A stretch of DNA of 64,000 bases from NCBI GenBank assembly GCA_023430885.1, contig JAEYYH010000015.1, positions 3,743 to 67,742 on the forward strand, in the 5' to 3' direction. The notes beneath the pieces were generated by a model, which did no database searches, was not told the DNA's origin, and worked only from the letters and a program-made list of their open reading frames with translations. Source of the DNA: Bacillota bacterium (GTDB taxonomy: Bacteria; Bacillota_I; Bacilli_A; RF39; UBA660). Shown piece by piece: positions 59,565-64,000 of this stretch. The position numbers were made by a program, and so were the translations under genes. How positions within the stretch are numbered: position 1 is the first letter of the stretch; each line of letters opens with the position of its first letter.

Positions 59565-60407
59565 ATGGCAAAGCAAATGGAAAATGAAGTAAAAGTACTT
59601 AATTTAGATGTAGACAAAGCTATAGCAGATATTGAAAAAAATAATGGTGTACTCCTAAAAGACTGTATTCAAAAGATATATACATATGATTTAGGAACAA
59701 TTAGTGGAAGATTTGATGATCTTTTAAGACAATTTAAACCTAATAACTTTGAAGTTATGAAATCTAAATTTAAGTTATTATTTTTTGAAATAGATAATTT
59801 ATTAACTGATGAAATGAAACAAAAACTAATGGATAATTATAATCACAATTATCTAAATTTAATCTTAGATACTGCAAGTGATAATGTAGAATTAGAACAA
59901 TTAGTTAATAATCAAACTATTTTAGATATAGCACATAGTTTTGGTATTAATCCTAATAAATGGATAAGACTTAGAGAAACTGATAATTTAACTACAGTAG
60001 CTACAAAAAATATTTTAGAAAAGAAAGTTGAAGAAGAAATGCAACCAGTTTTAGAAGCTGAAATAGATGTTGTTTCAATATTAGAAGCAAATGAATTTTT
60101 AGAGCAACTAGGTTTTGCATATCGTAATTATCAAGAAAAAAGAAGAATTACTTACTTTGTTAATAATATAAAAGTTGACATAGATTTTTGGCCATTAATT
60201 CCTCCATATATGGAAATTGAAAGTACTGATGAAAAAATTAAAGAAACAATAGATCTTTTAAACTTAGGAGATTATGAGATAGTTTCATGTAATACTGAAG
60301 AAGTATATAAGAAATATGATATAAATATTTATGATTATAGAGAGTTGAGATTAGATGAAAAAAGTAAATGTAAACAAAGTATGTTGGAACATAACAGAAA
60401 AATGTAA
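59565..60407 (+). CDS. CYTH-domain (triphosphate tunnel metalloenzyme / class IV adenylyl-cyclase-like) protein.
   Basis: N-terminal ExExK motif (MENEVKV) and C-terminal YMEIES strand. 280 aa. SD aggggga. Confidence 0.5.
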   Translation: MAKQMENEVKVLNLDVDKAIADIEKNNGVLLKDCIQKIYTYDLGTISGRFDDLLRQFKPNNFEVMKSKFKLLFFEIDNLLTDEMKQKLMDNYNHNYLNLILDTASDNVELEQLVNNQTILDIAHSFGINPNKWIRLRETDNLTTVATKNILEKKVEEEMQPVLEAEIDVVSILEANEFLEQLGFAYRNYQEKRRITYFVNNIKVDIDFWPLIPPYMEIESTDEKIKETIDLLNLGDYEIVSCNTEEVYKKYDINIYDYRELRLDEKSKCKQSMLEHNRKM

Positions 60408-61128
60408 TCGTAATTGCAAACACTGTTTTAGATTTAGAAATAGTGAAGAGCTTTCATTTGAAGACAATATGAAAATATTAAATATTTTGAAAGCAAGTGG
60501 AACTAAATCAATTACTTGGACTGGTGGAGAAGCAACATTATACTCCAATATAGAAATGCTTATTGATAAATCTCATAAAATGGGAATTAACAATAACTTA
60601 ATTACTAATGGTAGTACTTTAACCACAAGCATATTTAAAGAAAAATTTAGTAATTTAGATAGTATAACTTTTTCTTTGGATTTCTTGTCAGATGAAGATA
60701 ATATTAAATTTGGCAGGGGCGATAATTATTATAGTCATTTAAAAGAAATGATTACTTATATAAATAAAGAATTTCCTAATATAAAAATTAAAATAAATAC
60801 AGTTATTTTAAGAGATAATAAAGGAATGCTAATCGATATTTATAATGAAATAAAAAATTTCAAATTATCTAAATGGAAGTTAATTAAGTTTGTTAGTTTT
60901 AGAGGAACAGCTTATAAAAATAAAGATAGGTATGCAACAACAACTGATGAATTCAGAAGAAGAATTGATGATGTAATAAAACTTCATGATGATAGTTTTG
61001 AAATTGAAGCAGTATCTACATTCAACTTAGAAGAAAATCACGTCATGATTAAACCAAATGGTGATTTAGTTAAGACAGTTCAAGGTATAGATAACCTATT
61101 ATTTAATATACTAAAAGAAGGTGAATAA
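60355..61128 (+). CDS. Short radical-SAM enzyme of the viperin/MoaA-like subgroup (pVip-like).
   Basis: WNITEKCNRNCKHCF (CxxxCxxC), ITWTGGEATL, NLITNGSTL, ITFSLDFLSDEDNIKFGRG, KIKINTVILRDN and KWKLIKF match the viperin motifs CNYKCGFCFH / FSGGEPFL / SIVSNGS / ISCDSF..GRG / KINSVINRFN / RWKVFQ. There is only one Fe-S Cys triad. 257 aa. Overlaps the upstream gene by 53 nt. Confidence 0.6.
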   Translation: MKKVNVNKVCWNITEKCNRNCKHCFRFRNSEELSFEDNMKILNILKASGTKSITWTGGEATLYSNIEMLIDKSHKMGINNNLITNGSTLTTSIFKEKFSNLDSITFSLDFLSDEDNIKFGRGDNYYSHLKEMITYINKEFPNIKIKINTVILRDNKGMLIDIYNEIKNFKLSKWKLIKFVSFRGTAYKNKDRYATTTDEFRRRIDDVIKLHDDSFEIEAVSTFNLEENHVMIKPNGDLVKTVQGIDNLLFNILKEGE

Positions 61129-62035
61129 TATGATAGAATACAAAGATGGCATTAATCTAAATTTATATCGTGTATTTTATTATGTAGCTAAAGAAGGTAG
61201 TATATCTGCAGCTGCTAAAAAAATATACGTATCACAACCTGCTATTTCTAAGTCTTTAAAGAAATTAGAGGAAATGCTTAATGTAGATTTATTTTATCGT
61301 ACGCTTACAGGAGTTCAGTTAACAGAATTTGGTGAGACATTACTTTTCTATGTAGAAAATGCATACAATAGTGTTTTAACTGCAGAAAGAACTCTAGTTG
61401 AAAGTAAAGCATTAGAAAGAGGTAAGATTTCTATTGGTGTGCCTTCACATATTGGATCATTTTTCTTATTTGAATATATAGAACAATTTAAAAAAGATTA
61501 CCCAAATATTCAAATAAAAATAGTGAGTAGATCTACTAATGAAATGTTAGAACAACTTGAATCTCATGAAATAGATTTCATGATAGATTCTTCACCAATA
61601 AGTACAAAATATAATAATATTATTATTCAGAAACTAGTTTCATTTCCAACTTCATTTATAACTAAAAAAGAATATGGTAGTGAGACAAAATCTTTAAAAG
61701 AATTTGAAAAAGAACCATTTATATTACCCGTTAATCGTAGTAGCAGAAGAAGAGAACTGGAAGCGCTTCTTTCAGCTAACAATATTGAGTTGAAAAACGT
61801 TATTGAGATAGAAACTACTGAAATGGCTATTTCAGCTGCTAAAAAAGGTTTTGGTATATGTGTTGTAGCAGAAGAATCTGTAAAAACAGAGCTTGAATTA
61901 AAACAATTATATAAAATAAAAACAAAGGAAAAATTACCTGATTTAGAGATAAACTTAGTTTATATTGAAAACTTTTTACCTCCGGCTCCACGTAAATTTA
62001 TTGAAATGTTTTTAGGACAAAAAGACTTAAAATAA
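61121..62035 (+). CDS. LysR-family transcriptional regulator.
   Basis: N-terminal HTH LNLYRVFYYVAKEGSISAAAKKIYVSQPAISKSLKKLE. Overlaps the rSAM stop by 8 nt. Confidence 0.85.
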   Translation: MNNMIEYKDGINLNLYRVFYYVAKEGSISAAAKKIYVSQPAISKSLKKLEEMLNVDLFYRTLTGVQLTEFGETLLFYVENAYNSVLTAERTLVESKALERGKISIGVPSHIGSFFLFEYIEQFKKDYPNIQIKIVSRSTNEMLEQLESHEIDFMIDSSPISTKYNNIIIQKLVSFPTSFITKKEYGSETKSLKEFEKEPFILPVNRSSRRRELEALLSANNIELKNVIEIETTEMAISAAKKGFGICVVAEESVKTELELKQLYKIKTKEKLPDLEINLVYIENFLPPAPRKFIEMFLGQKDLK

Positions 62036-62204
62036 GTCTTTTTTTATAACTTGTAGTTATAGCACGGATAATTAATTATTCATCTTTTTTATTTTAGTTA
62101 TAGCCCATATATATAATTAGTATTAGTCATATTAATATATACCTGTTACAATATTTATTACATTTACTAGTGTTATTCTAGTAGAAATAGAGGTATACAA
62201 GAAT

Positions 62205-62462
62205 ATGAAAGAACTAAACAGGATGCGTAATATAGCTAAAATAGTGTTTAATGATAACTTAATAACTTTTGCATTAGAAAACGAGCTAGATAGTAAATAT
62301 TATAGAACTAGTATAGTCGTAAAAGAAAATAATTTGGAACAATTAAAAAGATTTATTGCAGATTGCGATGTACTTATTTCAAAACCTGTAACATTTAAAA
62401 TATATACAAAAAGTAATCTCACTGAACTAAGCTTTAATAAAGTACTAATTGATAATAATTAG
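62205..62462 (+). CDS. Small hypothetical protein (85 aa).
   Basis: ORF with SD gaggta. No family assignment. Confidence 0.35.
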   Translation: MKELNRMRNIAKIVFNDNLITFALENELDSKYYRTSIVVKENNLEQLKRFIADCDVLISKPVTFKIYTKSNLTELSFNKVLIDNN

Positions 62463-62507
62463 TCTTTTTTTATGATATAATATAATAAAAGTAAGCGAGG
62501 TGGATTA

Positions 62508-64000
62508 TGAAAATAGTAAGGGGTTTGCTAAAGATAGTTTTTAGCCGTGCAGTAATATTTACTGTATCTATATTACTCCAAATTTTTATCATTTTTGGGA
62601 TTTTTTATTTCTTTAATGAATATATTACATATTTCTATTTACTTTTTGTTGTATTAGGTTTTTCAATTATTGTTGACATTCTTAATAACGAATCTAATCC
62701 AATGTTTAAACTTGCTTGGGTTATACCAATATTACTTATTCCAGTCTTTGGGATTCTTATATATATAATTTTTAATAATCAAGTCATTCCTAAGAGAGTT
62801 GGTAAAATTCTTGAAAATAGTAAGAAGAAAACTAAGAGTTATTTAGAACAAGATCATAAAGTCTATGAAGAAATATATAATGACGATAGACATGTGGCTA
62901 ACTTAGTAAGATATATGAATAATTATGGTTATTACCCCATATACAAAAACACTGATGTTAAATATTTTAGTTCAGGCGAAGAAATGTATCCGAATTTGAT
63001 AAAAGAGCTTAAGAAAGCTAAAGAATTTATTTTTATGGAATATTTTATTGTTGCTCATGGTAGATTTTGGTACACTGTTCTTGAAATATTAAAGGAAAAA
63101 GTAAAAGAAGGCGTCGAAGTATATTTTATGTATGATGGCATGTGTTCTATGAGTTTACTTGCCCATAATTATCCTGAAACACTAGCTTCATATGGTATCA
63201 AATGTAAAATGTTTAATAAAGTAGTCCCAGTTCTATCAACTCATCAAAACAATAGAGATCATCGTAAAATAACAGTTATTGATGGTAAAGTTGCTTTCAC
63301 CGGTGGCATTAATATTGCAGATGAGTATATCAATGAGATAGATAGATTTGGTTATTGGAAAGATAGTGCTATAATGCTTAAAGGGGCAGCCACTAATAGC
63401 TTTACAATTATGTTTTTGTCTATGTGGAATGTTACAGAAAAGCGTAGTGTAAATTATGAAAAATATATAAGAAATTATAAAATAGATGGTGCTACTGGTT
63501 ATGTAATGCCATATGGTGATAGTCCACTTGATAGGTATGAAATAGGTAAAGATATTTATTTGGATTTAATTAATACTTCTACAAAATATTTGCATATTAA
63601 GACGCCTTATTTAATACTTGATTATGAAGTTTTATCAGCCCTTAAATATGCTTCAAAAAGGGGAGTAGAGACAATCATAATTATGCCTTCTATCCCAGAT
63701 AAATGGTATACTTATATATTAGCTAGAAGCTTTTATGGGGAACTACTAGAAGCCGGAGTTAAAATATATGAGTACTCTAATGGCTTTGTTCATGCTAAAG
63801 AATTTATTAGTGATGGTTTAGAAGCAGTGGTAGGTTCCATTAATCTAGATTATAGGAGTTTATATTTGCATTTTGAGTGTGCTGCCTATATGTATAAATG
63901 TAAAGAAATTAAAAATATTGAAAAAGATTTTGAAGAGACTTTAACTAAATGTAATGAAGTTACTAAAGAAGCAAATAAAAAATATAACATATTTAAAAAA
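62508..64000 (+). CDS. cls: Cardiolipin synthase (phospholipase D family), 3'-truncated by the window end.
   Basis: Two N-terminal TM helices. First HKD motif HRKITVIDGKVAFTGGINIADEY; the second PLD half begins before the window end. Confidence 0.85.

Noticed and set aside
1-64000. CRISPR arrays, tRNA and rRNA genes.
   Set aside because: No regularly spaced direct repeats, cloverleaf-capable tRNA-like GC-rich segments or rRNA-like conserved blocks were seen. All longer GC-richer stretches are coding (pilB tail, Gly-rich pilin, ftsZ).

Overview
This is an AT-rich (about 27-30% GC) chromosomal segment from a low-GC, spore-forming Firmicute, probably a Clostridium-like organism. Core housekeeping and sporulation genes (cysS, truB, mutS, dxs, nusB, xseAB, spoIVB, folD, glmS with its ribozyme leader, murG-murB-ftsQ-ftsA-ftsZ-spoIIGA-sigE, cls) are interleaved with accessory modules. 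The accessory modules are: (1) a start-of-window region with a divergent PurA-family enzyme whose catalytic Asp of the GDEGKGK motif is replaced (GSCGKGK), which may be a phage PurZ-like gene; (2) an atypical type IV pilus locus (PilC with a ~360-aa N-terminal membrane plus KE-rich helix extension, PilD, an inserted IS30-family element with about 40-bp terminal inverted repeats, a PilB-like ATPase with a 150-aa low-complexity tail, and two large pilins, one with a glycine-rich C-terminal domain); (3) a TasA/SipW-like secretion module whose signal peptidase is fused to a polytopic membrane domain; (4) a gene for a membrane-anchored protein built from tandem CxxGYxLSGxxCY cysteine repeats; (5) a BceRS/BceAB-type two-component plus ABC module next to uppP, a likely bacitracin-resistance cluster; and (6) near the end of the window, a tight gene cluster HExxH protein - WYL regulator - SIS-like protein - Ham1/ITPase-like NTP pyrophosphatase, then (own promoter) CYTH-domain protein - short viperin-like radical-SAM enzyme - LysR regulator. 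Cluster (6) is my best candidate for an undescribed nucleotide-modifying, possibly antiviral, system. No rRNA, tRNA or CRISPR arrays were seen.
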